64,000 bases of DNA from Lingula anatina (lineage: Eukaryota; Animalia; Brachiopoda), in NCBI GenBank assembly GCA_051362555.1, contig CM120642.1, positions 8,432,001 through 8,496,000 of the forward strand, given 5' to 3'. The notes beneath the pieces are model-generated. The model saw only the letters and a program-made list of their open reading frames with translations. It was not told the origin of the DNA and did no database searches. The position numbers and the translations under genes are program-made. Position 1 is the stretch's first letter. Every line of letters starts with the position of its first letter. Below are positions 1-13,300 of this stretch, piece after piece.

Positions 1-1217
1 TTTAATTCCTTTCTACTTCTGCATTAAATATACGTTTTATTATACCTGTACACCATACACCCTTCACCATTGAATAAATGTTGAAAAAAATACTCTTGAT
101 TATTTGTCGTAATTGCTCATCTTATGCAAAATATATTTCGGAAAATAAGATTCTAGGTTTAATGCTAATTAAAAAAAGGCAGTTTATTCAAGAAGTGTTC
201 AAAACGTCTGACTTATGACAAATAATATTGAACTAGAATGCCAAACTGCACAGCGTCAAAGAGAGAAACTGGTGTAGATAAGGGCAGAGCATGCACAAAT
301 AGTAATGAAAATACCAAATCGGATGAATAGAACTAAGACTCATCAAACTTCAAATCGGGAAAATTCAACTAACATTTAAGAAGATTTAATTTGATATAAT
401 GCAACATGAATTATATTACCTCTGGCAATCAGTCACATTTTCATTCTATCCATTTATTTGTATTATCATTGTCAGACTTTTGACTCAGTAATTTTCACGA
501 CTTTTAAGTTAAAACCTGCGATGAACAAGACAAACATTGCAATAAGTGTTATCTATAGGAATCTCGCCCTCGTTAATAGAAAGACGCACCACTTTGTGTT
601 AAAGGGCCTTCAATAAAACTCAAGTTTGCTAGATGTTCCATGAAAGGAAATTTTATAAATCTTATTTGTAAAAAATATGATGTACTATGATATACAAAAT
701 AACATTAAATGAGATTAAAAAAAAAAAACGAATGTTTTCGTCTACTCGTCTCTCGTTGAAGTACCATGTGAAGCATTGTGCATCTTTGGTCAGGCACATA
801 AGTTGCGAATATATCCTCTGAAACATCTTTTTGGCATGTAAATTAAAAACGTGTCCAATACCCGAGAATAAATACCCAAAATATATACAATTCACAAAAC
901 CCACATATGTAATAACCATGCATTCATTCTATAACTGAATTTTCATCGAAACGATTGAATTTTTAAGTGCGCTTATTTCTCCCGTCCTTGCAGCATTGTG
1001 TTATATACTATCTACATATACTATCAAATACTAACAAACTGACCAGGAAAATTTGACCGGAATTCTGATCAGGACCTTGTAACCTTGACATTATGGTCAC
1101 GCCCTCACGAGCACGCGAGAACCACTCGGTCCTGCGAAGATTGCCATTCGTGAGGTCTCCGTCGCTGGGAGTTGCACGGCCGCTGGCGACCTGAACGGGT
1201 GCCCAGAAGGGAAGAAA

Positions 1218-1317
1218 ATGAAGATCGGCAACTTCGATAGCATATCCAGGTGGTTCCCCATCACGGCAGTGATTGTTCTAGGCCTATTGGGTGAGGTCCC
1301 CTCAAGCCATGTTCCTG
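1218..1317 (+). CDS. Gene A exon 1, signal peptide
   Basis: MKIGNFDSISRWFPITAVIVLGLLGEVPSSHVP has a hydrophobic core and ends in a phase-1 donor G|GTAAGT. Confidence 0.75.
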
Positions 1318-4300
1318 GTAAGTCTCGTGGCGAATATAGTGAATGAACGTGTACAGGCGACCTTTATACCCATGTGCCCAGAAGGAGCACCTCTTCTTTC
1401 TACAGAGAGCCTGCCTATTTACTGAGAATTTAACTGTCCTTTCGGCACATTGATCTTTGCCTCAGTTTTTTGGCCTCACATGCTACCATGTAGGTACAGG
1501 TACAATGTACTTTTACCCTGTAAGTAATGTATGTCCGCAACAGCAACATTACTATCTTCAATGTCTTTGATAAACAGAAATGCTTTGATAGATAATACTG
1601 TTTAGATTTTATGTATAAATGCAAAGTGTAGATCTGCACTTGGAACTGGCTATAAAATCCTTTATCCCCTTCGCGCACAGCATTACTCATTGCCTTACTT
1701 TGACCAAGATCTTTTAAAATGAGATAAATTAATGCCGTTACACCCTTTTAAATGTGTCATGCCATCAAGCGTGCACTTTTCAGTAATATACCTCGGGCAT
1801 ACATTATAAATAATTGCGAATTATACAACACCGCCCGAAGATCAGAATCAAAATGTTGAATAGCTACCACTAGATCTTAATCAAGATTTGAATAGTTGTA
1901 CATTCTATACAGTATATTGAAATTTTATGTAGGTGATGTGTTATTAAGTATTATCTTTTATAAGTATTTTTGTTTATCAACAATTTTATACGTCATTTCA
2001 CTGTAATGCAAATAATTGCAAAAAGGAATAGAATGAAAAAGTGTGATGTTTTTTTCAGAAAAATATAAGTACATTTAACTGTTAACTTAATAATGGAAGC
2101 GATTTTTATCAGTTAAGCATCATTTGAAAGGAAATGAAAGTGTTTGTTGTGTTTATATCTTCTGAGTGACAGAATAAATTAATGTTCTTAAGGTTAATAT
2201 GACTGCCAGATTTGTGGTCTAACAAAGGGTTGAAACCCCCACTTTCTCGTAGATAAAATGGCATCTTCACACTTAAATGGGCTCTAAAAAGGAGCCTCTA
2301 AATACAATTCGAAATAAACATTATGTTAATTCTTTCAGGATTCTGCCCCTGGTTCGAAGTTCTTCCCGGCTATGGCCAAGTCTGCTTATCAGGGTCCCCA
2401 TCAGATTTCTGGACCGCGAAACTGGAATGTGAAAAACTGTGTGGTCATCTTCTGATGGTTAAGACTGACCGCGACAAGCAAGTCCTGGACATGATGTTAA
2501 GGAGGTGAATTGTAGATATTTAAGTTGGTCAATTAGGAGAATGTGGCAATATTATTGTTATTGTTTGCTATTGTCTCTGACCATTACTTCCCCTGCGTGC
2601 GCGCTATTTCGTCTGATTTTGATAGCGAGATTTTCTCAAGTGCTGGGCGTAAAATTGTGTACTCACAATATGCTATATGGTAACGCAGAAAAATATTAAT
2701 TTCAGGGACGAAGTCCCCCTTAATTTGAGCCCGCAGGTTGGTTTGTGGATCGGAGGGTATCGGAACAACAAGACGGCACCACTCCGGTGGGTGGACGGAA
2801 CTGTAGTTGATGGTGAGGATCCGATTAGTATTTTCAGTTGTTCGTTATAGCCGTTATTTCATTTTTCATTCAACAGTAAATTTCAACAGCAGGGGAAGCA
2901 TAGTATAGTCGTTGTAAACAGAAAATAACTTGAAGAGAAAATGCTGGTAAGGAGAGTTAGAGTATCCTAAAAGGGAAGGTGAGGATGTTTGGGGATTCTC
3001 AAAATGTGGATAGAAACAGTTGTTTTTACACGTAACACATTTGTGTGTGTATGGGTTAAGGAAACGCCCTGGAACGTCAAAGTAGTAACTTTCCTAAAAA
3101 ACTTGTCATTTTCGCTCTTTTCTGTTTTATTTTTGTTATGTTACTTTTGATTCGTGCTTTTTATTATTTCAGACGTCTATCTTTTCTTTTCTTTTGTTCT
3201 TATTTATTTGTTCATTCGTGCTTCCAGACGCTGCCTTTGACAATATTAATCATACAGAATCCGTTTGCCAAGCGCTTCTGCTCCACAAACTCGATCAGTT
3301 TCAAGAGCACTTTAGGTTTGATAGCATACATCTTTCTATAATATATAAAATGTAAGGATTCATAGAATACACGAAACGTAGACACATTATGAAGAAATCG
3401 TGTAACCACGAGATGTAAGGCCCCATTTAGAATGGATGAACCGAGTACTTACTGATCTGCCGACTAAAATGGCTGACCACAGTTCAAAAGCGATGCCACT
3501 GATTCTTGACGGTCTCCCAAACTCCTTACGCGCCTTTAAACGGATTAAATCTCTGCTCCGAGGTTTAATTGCTAGGCCTCTGCAGCGACGGCGCGTGTGG
3601 AGGCGGGAAGACCATCAGGAATCAGCGGCATCGATTTTGAACTGTGGTCGGCCATATTTAGACGGCGGATCAGTAAGTACTCGGATCATCCATTCTGAAT
3701 AGGGCCCAAGACGCAGTTAACCTAAGTTTGACACAGTTCATTTGATTAAAAATATTGCGAACAAACGTCGCATTCTCAATATACAAGCATGCTATAGGTA
3801 ATACAGAATGGCAAAGGTGTCTCTGATCTAGAGCCTTCTTTAACATACACCAATATCTATATTTTCAGGGCCAGTTTAAGAGACTGCTATATAAGCAAAC
3901 ACCCATTCATATGCGCTAGAAACAACCACTCCGCTCACGGTAGGAGATCACGCCTAGCTTAAATATATGTGCAATTAAAACAATAATATTTGTAAAGGGG
4001 GCATAGATTAACAATGTTGATTACTACTTCATCAAGTCGTTGTTTGATATTATACTGAAAAGAGAATGATATTATCATAAGTGGCGGCATTCATTGTCTT
4101 ATTTGTTATGACCTATTTATTTATTCAGATTGTACCCATTCCGGAGGACCGTCGCTTGCCTGTGCACTCGAGGTCATTGACACGCCCGCCTACGTGTACG
4201 TAAACCAGAATGATATGACGATGACCACAGTGTGCAAACGTGGACATATATTTCCCGATGGTTCAAGAATAAAAACGGTATCTTACAATAGCGAGGGGTG

Positions 4301-7300
4301 GTCTCGTTCATTTCCGCCTTGTATAGGTAAGGTCTGCAAGTCATTTAGAGAACTTAATGGGTTTAATATATAAGATCAAATTTGACAGTTTTTTATAATA
4401 TATCATTTTTTATCTGTCTTCAATGGTTCATTTAAATGTTATATTATATCATTGTAATAATTATTGTTATTTTTATTAACATTGTTTTTATCATGTGTAA
4501 AAGTACGTCATTAGGTTATAGTTTAACGATTTCAGGTGGCATATTTCCACTGTTACTTATATCATCACGACACTTAAACTGAAGTCAATTTCATATGGTG
4601 CTACACGTAGTGGCGAAAACTGTTTTTTGTTGCAGCTATAGACCAGTATCTGAACGGAATCCGTGAATGTAACGCCTCTCGGCAGATCAACGCGGCGACC
4701 TTATTGTTACGTGAGCCTAGTGTCCCTCAAGATGGAACGCCTTGGACACCATATGGTTGGTCTCTCGCTCTTATCTCTCTCTCTCTCTCTCTCACACACA
4801 AACACACACATAAGCGATATTATTATTTCAGGCTTAAAAAGTGTCTACTGTCCCTTTGAGCCTCACCATACATTTTGGACATGGGAATACACGTAGGCCT
4901 ACATGTAACAAGAATAGTTGAGCGTAAAATCAACGTCATTTTAAGACAAAAATGACCCGAACTTATTATTTAATGATTCTTACTATACCAATTGTTCTTT
5001 TTTGGCTGACTTTTAGAACCTACAAAATGTGACAGCTCTGGAACATGCCACGTCGACCAAATAAAATGTCCGCCAGGCTACACCTACCGACGGGCCAACT
5101 CCTGCTACAAGGCTTTTGTCGGAATGAGGCCGTGGTCGGACGCACAAAATGTATGCAGTCAAGATGGCGGCCATCTTGTTTCCCTGGAATCAATGTCTGA
5201 ATTGAACCACGTTTTGGACCAATTTCGAAGACATTCGACTATGTTCCCAAGTAGGTGATACAGTGCTTGACGCGACTGAAAAATTCTTAAACACATGAAA
5301 ATGAAAAGACAAATTAGATTTTGATATATGTGCCAGTTATACCTATCCTCTGTAATGGTTTATAAACAATAAGCTTGATCATTCCACCCGTCCTTTGCAA
5401 GTTAGCAAAAGGCTAAAGCCGTTACTGTTATATACCTATTTTGTAATGCGTTGATGGTAGTGGAAGGGCTATTTTTAAACACATGTCCATTTTGTCCCGA
5501 AATTTCAGTGCTTTAGATATTGAATATTAAAAAGAAACATCTCTGCTAATTCAGTGGTATATCATACAGTTCCAGGCTTGCGTGGTTTATGGAAGCTTGG
5601 TCTGGAACATGGCGCTAGCGATCTCAGCGGCCAAGGTTTCCACGGACGGATGAACAACACCACGTACTCAATTGGAGTCAATGGTGAACCGGAAGGGGCA
5701 ATCGAATTTCTTGAGAATACAACGTCTTTCGTAGAGATAATGAGTCCAGATATCTTCAGCATGAAGTCGGCAATAACACTGATGTTTCAAATCAAACCCG
5801 TTGACGATGGTCGCGTGAGGCGGCATCAGATATTACTCTTCGGCGACATCCTTGATGTGTATTATCTCAATGGAAGTGTGCACTTTGTTATCAAAGATGG
5901 CGCCCCGATTCTCCTGCCCGGTGTCCGCGCGGCCAAGTGGACAAGCTTGGCGCTCACATATGACCACAGCACCAAGGTCTTAGTCCTTTGGAAGGCGAAT
6001 AATCCGGCAGTGAAAACCTCAATAGAGGTTCGTGAAGATGACCACGTTCCACCAAATGGTTTGACCCGTATTGTCCTTGGAAATGGATTCACTGTAGACG
6101 ATGAGCGTTATTACGGGGGAACAACACGGATGCACTGCTTTCAAATATATGACAGAGCACTGGGACTGGAGGATATGCTTTATACCTGGGAATTATGCAG
6201 GTCGAGCGGTATGTACAAACAGCATGGATGCCAACATCACATGTTCTATATGTCTAGAGACTTTTTTTAATTCAGCGAAATAGAAAACATTGTAAAAGGA
6301 ACTCCACATAGGGACCTAGTACTACTAGTAAAATGGCTTGCATATAAACTGTAGCAATCTAAACATAAATGAATTTTAACTTTATATAATGTGACTTAAA
6401 TGATATGATATGGTATACTTAGCTTCTGATGGAGGACTGTGGATAGGAGCCCACGAGGTCGGTGGTCAATTTCGGTGGACCAGCGGTTCCCTCTTGAGTG
6501 ACACGGAGACAAACGCGGCAGCCGCATGGAGTCCCACCGCACAACGCGGGGACGGCGGATGTTTGTTATTGAGACCTTTTGGATTCCACAACGTAGACTG
6601 CCAGCAGGAACAGAGGGAATTCATTTGTGAGATAGGTATATCTTTTGGAGAATTTTTGTTTTAAATTTCCACTTATTAAGCAATAGATTTAAATGTAGCT
6701 ATGAGATAATGTTTATACAGACTTGTATGTGCTCAGTCGCACGTTTATTGGTATGGCATTACTGTCAATAAATCTCTTACAGGTTTCACGTACCAGACAA
6801 ATATTTTGTAACTTGACAGTATAACAATTTCAAAGAAACTATTTTTACTTGAAGAACACCTAGACCATCCCCTAGGTCCAGCAGGCGAGGTTTTCAGGAC
6901 TTGTGAAGATGTAGGGTCCAATTCAAACGGTAGATGGCGACAGGTGCTTGTCCAGCCTGTGGACCACCTACCGCCGTTCACAGTAACCTGTGGTTTTGAC
7001 TACACCACGGGGACGTTCCACCTGAGCCTGGAAACAGACCAGAAATGGATAGATATCAAAAATGCATTCCTTTCCTCAGAAGTTGAGTTTTCCTACAATG
7101 AAAGTCTCGGGTTGAATTTACATTTGATACCATGGTATAAACAGCGCTCTATCCAGTGCCGACAGGTAAGTGTAACTACTGGGGTTGGGTAAGTATACAT
7201 GTACACTTACTAATAATTTAAGACTTGGAAAATATATAACCATTCTATCACTTTCAAATGTTCTATGGGTCTTTTGAATGGGAAACCAATAATGAGTTAT

Positions 7301-10300
7301 TTAAATTCGACAATGAAATTTTAAACATTTCGCTGAAAGTTGAAGATCAGTTAAGTGCTTGTATTAAATAATGTTTACGTTTTCATTATAGTCGATATTC
7401 AAAATAAAATGTCACATTTCTCCATTAACTTAAAAAAGATTGATTTGCTTGATGCACTTACTGATAACCTTTTTAATTTCGGCGAAAATTCCCGTTTTCT
7501 AAAACGCCCCAAGGGCTTGTCACTCGTCCGTGATACCTCAATCATTCAGACCACCTCGAGCGATTTTGCACCCCCTTATTACTGTCACAGTTTGAGGTAC
7601 GGAAAAGCCGATGTGTTCTTAATCATATCCCAATATGTTCGAAATCAAAAGCATAACTATAGAATGAAATTAGAAGAACCTGTGCCTAATAATGTTGGCA
7701 TCATTTGCAGTACGTTCAGGCCCATTGTAGCAACGCAGTTATCTTTGGAGGCGACTATTGGTGGAAGTCCATCCAGGGGTATCACATGACAGATTGGGGC
7801 GGAGCCTCAACCAACAGCTCTACTTGCGCATGTGCGGGATCCGAATCCGGTTGCAACAATCCATTGTGAGTACCTGGTACTTCAATCGTTAGGAATTATT
7901 GAAAGCGGGAAGGACTGAGGCATATCTTGAAGATAAAAGTGACTGTCTACATTTTAATGATCTTGGAGATACATGTAGAAGTGACTGTCTACTTGTACAT
8001 TTTAGTGATCCTTTATTCTTTATGCATCCTGACCGAGACGTACTAGATAGTTAAAACAAATTTTAGAACTAGTTTAAAAGAGGCTCATGTCAATATTTCA
8101 GGTCTCCCTGTCACTGCGACGGGAAGGGGAACGCGACCGACTCTGGGTTTCTCAGCGACCAACGCTATCTCCCACTTCGAGGTGTTTTTATATCGGGGAC
8201 AGACAACGCAGACGCAGTAACTACAATATATGTTGGCCCGTTTACCTGCAAAAGAGGTAAAGTCTGAGTGCGTTTTTGTTTTAAAGAATGCGAATAAGTA
8301 TAACACAATTTATTCAGAATGAAACATTATTGAATCGCACTTGTCATTATTGAATACTTTTTAAGCTCAGAGTTCAGCACACAGAGAAATTCAAAAGCAA
8401 TGGTAGGCCTAATCTAAGTAGTTAGCGTGACACATTTTACAGTTTGAGGATTCTTTATGTTGGAATAATCCCGCTGAAAGTATACTTATGAAGGCAAGAT
8501 TGTAACAGTAGGCTACGCCTATCCTTTACATGCATCTCTCATAATACTCTAGTCTAAACGATTCAAAAAGGAACATCGCTATTAAGCCATTATTGTATCT
8601 ACTGTTGTGCAACTGATAATTCCAAAGGTGTATATTTTTCAGTCCAATTGCTTGATCTTGGCATGTTGCTCCTTAATTCTATATACACAACAAAGGCGAA
8701 CAACATCCGGGCATCTGACATTGGAGCTGGAGCCGGTGGCGTAGGCGACGTAATTTATAGTTTTGTTGTCCAATCAACTGACCCTGTGGATATCATAATA
8801 GACCTCCATGCAGAGTATTCATTTGATGTGAATATGAGGCTGTACGGCGGCGTGAACCCACTCACTTTTCAACCTCTTGGCGACAGATTAATTGTTCTCA
8901 GTGACGACGACGGAGATTCTCTGAATCCTAGAATTATGGCAAGGTTACGGGGAAACCACACGTACTATATTGTCGTAAGCGGGACAGTGGGGACCTTCAC
9001 CAATCGAGGGTATTTTGAACTTCACTTAAGTACAAGTGGTTTTAACACATTTAAAGGTATTCAGTTATAATTCAGTTTTTGGAATTTAATGTCATGTCTT
9101 GTTGCATTTGAGCATGCTAATCTGCCATATAACAAAGAACACTGGTTTCATGCACATATGGTATGCGAAAATTATGATTACATTTTGTCTTTTCGCCAAT
9201 GGTATATAAAGTTCGTACATATTGTAATTTTATAGCTAGAGCATTTTTATATAGCCAGTTCTTGTCTTTGGGTATCAAAATTCTTTATTTACGGTGGTAT
9301 GTAAAGTAAGGCGACTTGAATTCCAGCATTATCCGAAGATTGTTTAACAGATGCGGCGTGTCAAAAATATGACGCCGCCAGTTGGTGTCCAGAACAAACA
9401 TACAGATGTGAGTGCCGCCCAGGTTTTGTGTCGGATCAGTTCTCACACTGTCGGAAAGGTATTTTTACTCATTTTAGTCCTTTAACTTTTAGTTTCGTGT
9501 TTTTACTATGATTGCTGCAATCGCATTTTATGGAGGCTTGTTTTTCTCTGTATCCGAAAGGCGCGATTCTCACTGTTTTAGTACCCTATTTTAACACAAA
9601 ACTTTATGTACAATAATTTAGAATTTGCTGAAGAATAGTAATTTCAACCAAAGAAGCGAATATCAACATTAAAAAATTATAACCTCGATTGTTATGGACA
9701 ATTGTATCTTTTCTAAATTGATCTCTACATCCAAAATCATCAGTGACTGATATGTACACTTATCCAAATAAGTCCTTAAACACTGAATATGATTTTATAT
9801 TATTTCAAAGTCACCCATTTGATTTTTTTTTTTTTAGTTCTAGGAATGGACTGTAACAACGATCTTGATTGTACCAGTGCGGTATACGGAAGTACATGTA
9901 ATGCGGACTCTACATTAGGACCGATCTGCACGTGCAAAACGAATTGGTACGAGAGAGAGAATGAGTGCAGTAAGTGCCGTTTTACCAAGCACGGGTTTCA
10001 GATGCAAATGTTATCCCAGATCACACGCATGCGCATTTGTAGCATTTGCAATTGTCACTGTTCTGTGTTGATGGGTCATTTTAATGATTAATTTCAAATA
10101 TTTTCTCTTTCGCGATAGTTTTAACTTGCTCTGCAAATTACTAAACTCTGCAGAACCGGGATCTTATTTCAACATTTGCAACCCAAATCGATGTAACATT
10201 TTAGATCACTACCACACTTGGCATTAGAGGTCACTGGTAACTAGCACACACTACCAGCCTAGTAGTCATTATTTCCCAATAATTTCTGAAACTCTATTTT

Positions 10301-13300
10301 CAACGTGCCACCTCTGTCTGCTTGCTTTACTGCTTGCTTTGGTTACAACGCCAAGGGAGCTGAGCTCCCAAACGGAAGTACGATGCGTTTACTGATGGCT
10401 CTGGCATTTTGTCTTTTTCACACACGGTACACTTAAAACAGAATGTGAAGCGCGTAACTGCATATATTAACTTTCTTCGTCCCAAAAGTGTATATTAAAT
10501 ATAACACAGCTGCTGAGCTTACTTATGTCCCGGTTGCAGTGTGCATCGAAAGGCTCACCAAATCGGGTCATGCCAGTATTTAATGGACACATTTGGGACC
10601 AAGTAATGTGGTTACTCGGTTCACACATTGATTCACATATTATTTTACGTGTGCTGTGCGTGAAATAGACAAACATCATTAGGTCTATTATCAATAAACT
10701 CAACGTACTTTTGTCTCGGGAGTTTAACATCCTTGAACATACATTAATCTCCTTATGTATTTCAGCCCCATGCATGTGTGCGTGTGATGTCACGGGGTTT
10801 TGTAGAAATAAAGACGAGGATGCCGCTCAGCTTTGTCACTGTGGGACGATGAGTCAGCCCTCTGCAGCTACACAAGGTTAGGGAGATGTTTCACAATGCA
10901 TCCTTATACTTCAGATTAAATATTGGCATATTCCGCAGAAAAACTGTTTCAGCGGATTCAGCAGGATTGGATTTGTACAAACAGAAGTGCCTTTATCGCA
11001 TCTCCACAATCTTTAATTATACATGTATCTACAATATTTTTGCTCCGTAAACAAAAATATTCGAGAGAAAAGACCATTTAGACAGCAGTTATATTTCATT
11101 ACCGTTGCGTGAAGTCCTTATGCTGCACTCACCCCCGCAAAAAAGCCTTTATATTTAGATTAACAAATTAAACACTCGCAGATAAGAGTAACAAAACACT
11201 TAATATTTAATTTCTACACTTCATTGAACAATTGACTACAAAATAAAAACTCCTGTTTTTTTTTCAATTGAAGGTAAAAAAGACAACGCAGGCAAAATGT
11301 TTCTACTATCTACAATAGACGGGTGTACGATGGCAGGCGACCCAGACATCGGGGTATACGTACAGATCTCCACGGACAGCGCAATCCCAGCTCACGTCAC
11401 AATTACGTCACCTCTACTGCAATCTAGATCCCTCCCGGACTTGGCTCAGGAAGTTCTACAGAGAGGCAAGCCATTTACCTTTCACCTTCCAACCGAGTTG
11501 TTCTGCACGAATTTAGAGAAGGCCGTGAACGATAGCATATTAGTTTTGAGCACACGGGATGTGTCTGTGTCTGTGATCATTCAAGGCCCAGATGTGGCCG
11601 GAGGGTATCTGGCCATACCGGTTGATGCTTGGGGGCAAGAGTATATGGCGGCGTGTGGCGAGTATCCAATTTATCCTAACCGTCATCACGAATTTGTTGT
11701 TTTAGCCATACATGAGAAAACGAAAGTCCGCATCCAAATACCGCAGCATACACCACAGATGCCTTTATTCCAATTTGAAGGCAGACACTACGCTGGCCAC
11801 GAGTCATTTGAAATCGAGCTTTCGAGATATCAAACATTCCACGTGTATCAATTGACACGACCACTGACAAGTGCATATATCGTCTCGGACAAACCCGTTG
11901 GGCTTATATGCGGTTCGAGGGTAATTCCATTGGCGGAGAGAAGTCCTGGCTTGTCTCATGATATGATGATTGAAATGATGCCACCGATTTCAACGTGGGG
12001 ACAGACTTACGTGTTCTTTCTACCAAGCACGCTCCCTGATGCAACTGGCATGGAATTGGCGTTACTGTCCCCTCGGTCCAAAACATCTGTACTTGTGTCT
12101 GATACAACCGCCACTTACGAAATACAAGTATACGAATATCCACAGCGAGGAATACTTATTCTGCCACTTGAGTTTGACGTAACTGACGATATGGGAGTTT
12201 TGATAAAGGTTTCGGGTGGAAATGACCCGGGGCTTGTAGTTCTAGGAGGAAGTCAGGGTGTATACAAACGTGAATCTCAAAAAGGGGGGCGTCATCTGCA
12301 TGTTCTTACGTCTCTCCAGCAGTCCCCTTCCCGGTCAACGTTCGTAGCAGGACAGCTTGAAAGTCGGTTGGGATTGAAGTCGACGCCATACGCACAGCAC
12401 TTCGTGAAGACCGATAACATGACACTGGATACCAGCGTTTGGCGTGGTTTTCCAGAAAATCTTGTGAACCCGGCTGAGTGTGTGATAAACCCGGGGGTCC
12501 ACACGCTGTCTAATGAAATGCCACAAGAAAGCGTGGAGGGAACACTTTATGGCACGGGAAAGCGGATTGAATATGCATTTGCTGTTGGAGCACTCTATCA
12601 AGAAACCCATGTAAGATATGTTTTCGTAAGATAAATATCCTATTTGAAATTAGATTCTCTTTTGATGTATAGAATTCAGTAATTAATGACCAACAGCGAG
12701 ATTGTTACGTGATGCACTGTATTATATCAAAATATACTTCCCTACACAAAATTAGATCACGCTGTATTTCGTTATCTTTTTGGATTCGAATTTACAATTA
12801 CTTCGAATATACTTCGCATCACATACAGCGTGTTTTTTGTAAAAGCCATCCATAAGGTTTATACATGTACGTGCAGCTTAGAAACTCTCAATGCTAATCT
12901 TAAATATATTTATGGGTGATGTATTTTTTTAGCCATGCCTTCCCAGTTTGTCGTCGGCTGGCGACCTGGTGGACAACGACTGTGACGGCTCTGTGGATGA
13001 AGAGGTGGTTAATGGTTTAGGTGCGGTTTCATTCTTTTCTTAAGTTTGCATTCAATGGACTGAGATGCTTGTCAGAAAGGCAGCTTTGATGGCATCGAAG
13101 GGTAATAGAATGTTGCCCAATGGCTAAATTTACAAGGAGCCCAACCCACATCGTTGAACACCCCGTGACGTAGGCCTACTAGTTTTCCAATGCTTTGTCA
13201 GAAATAAGCTTTACTTTTGTGACATACTTAACGATGTTAAGCAATGATACCACTTCACTTTTATTTCTGGCGTTCAAATCAAGTCTACTTAGCTATCTTT

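Noticed and set aside
3316-3414. Longer version of gene A exon 4 with an apparent premature stop, suggesting a pseudogene
   Set aside because: An earlier phase-2 donor at 3315 gives an intact CTL.
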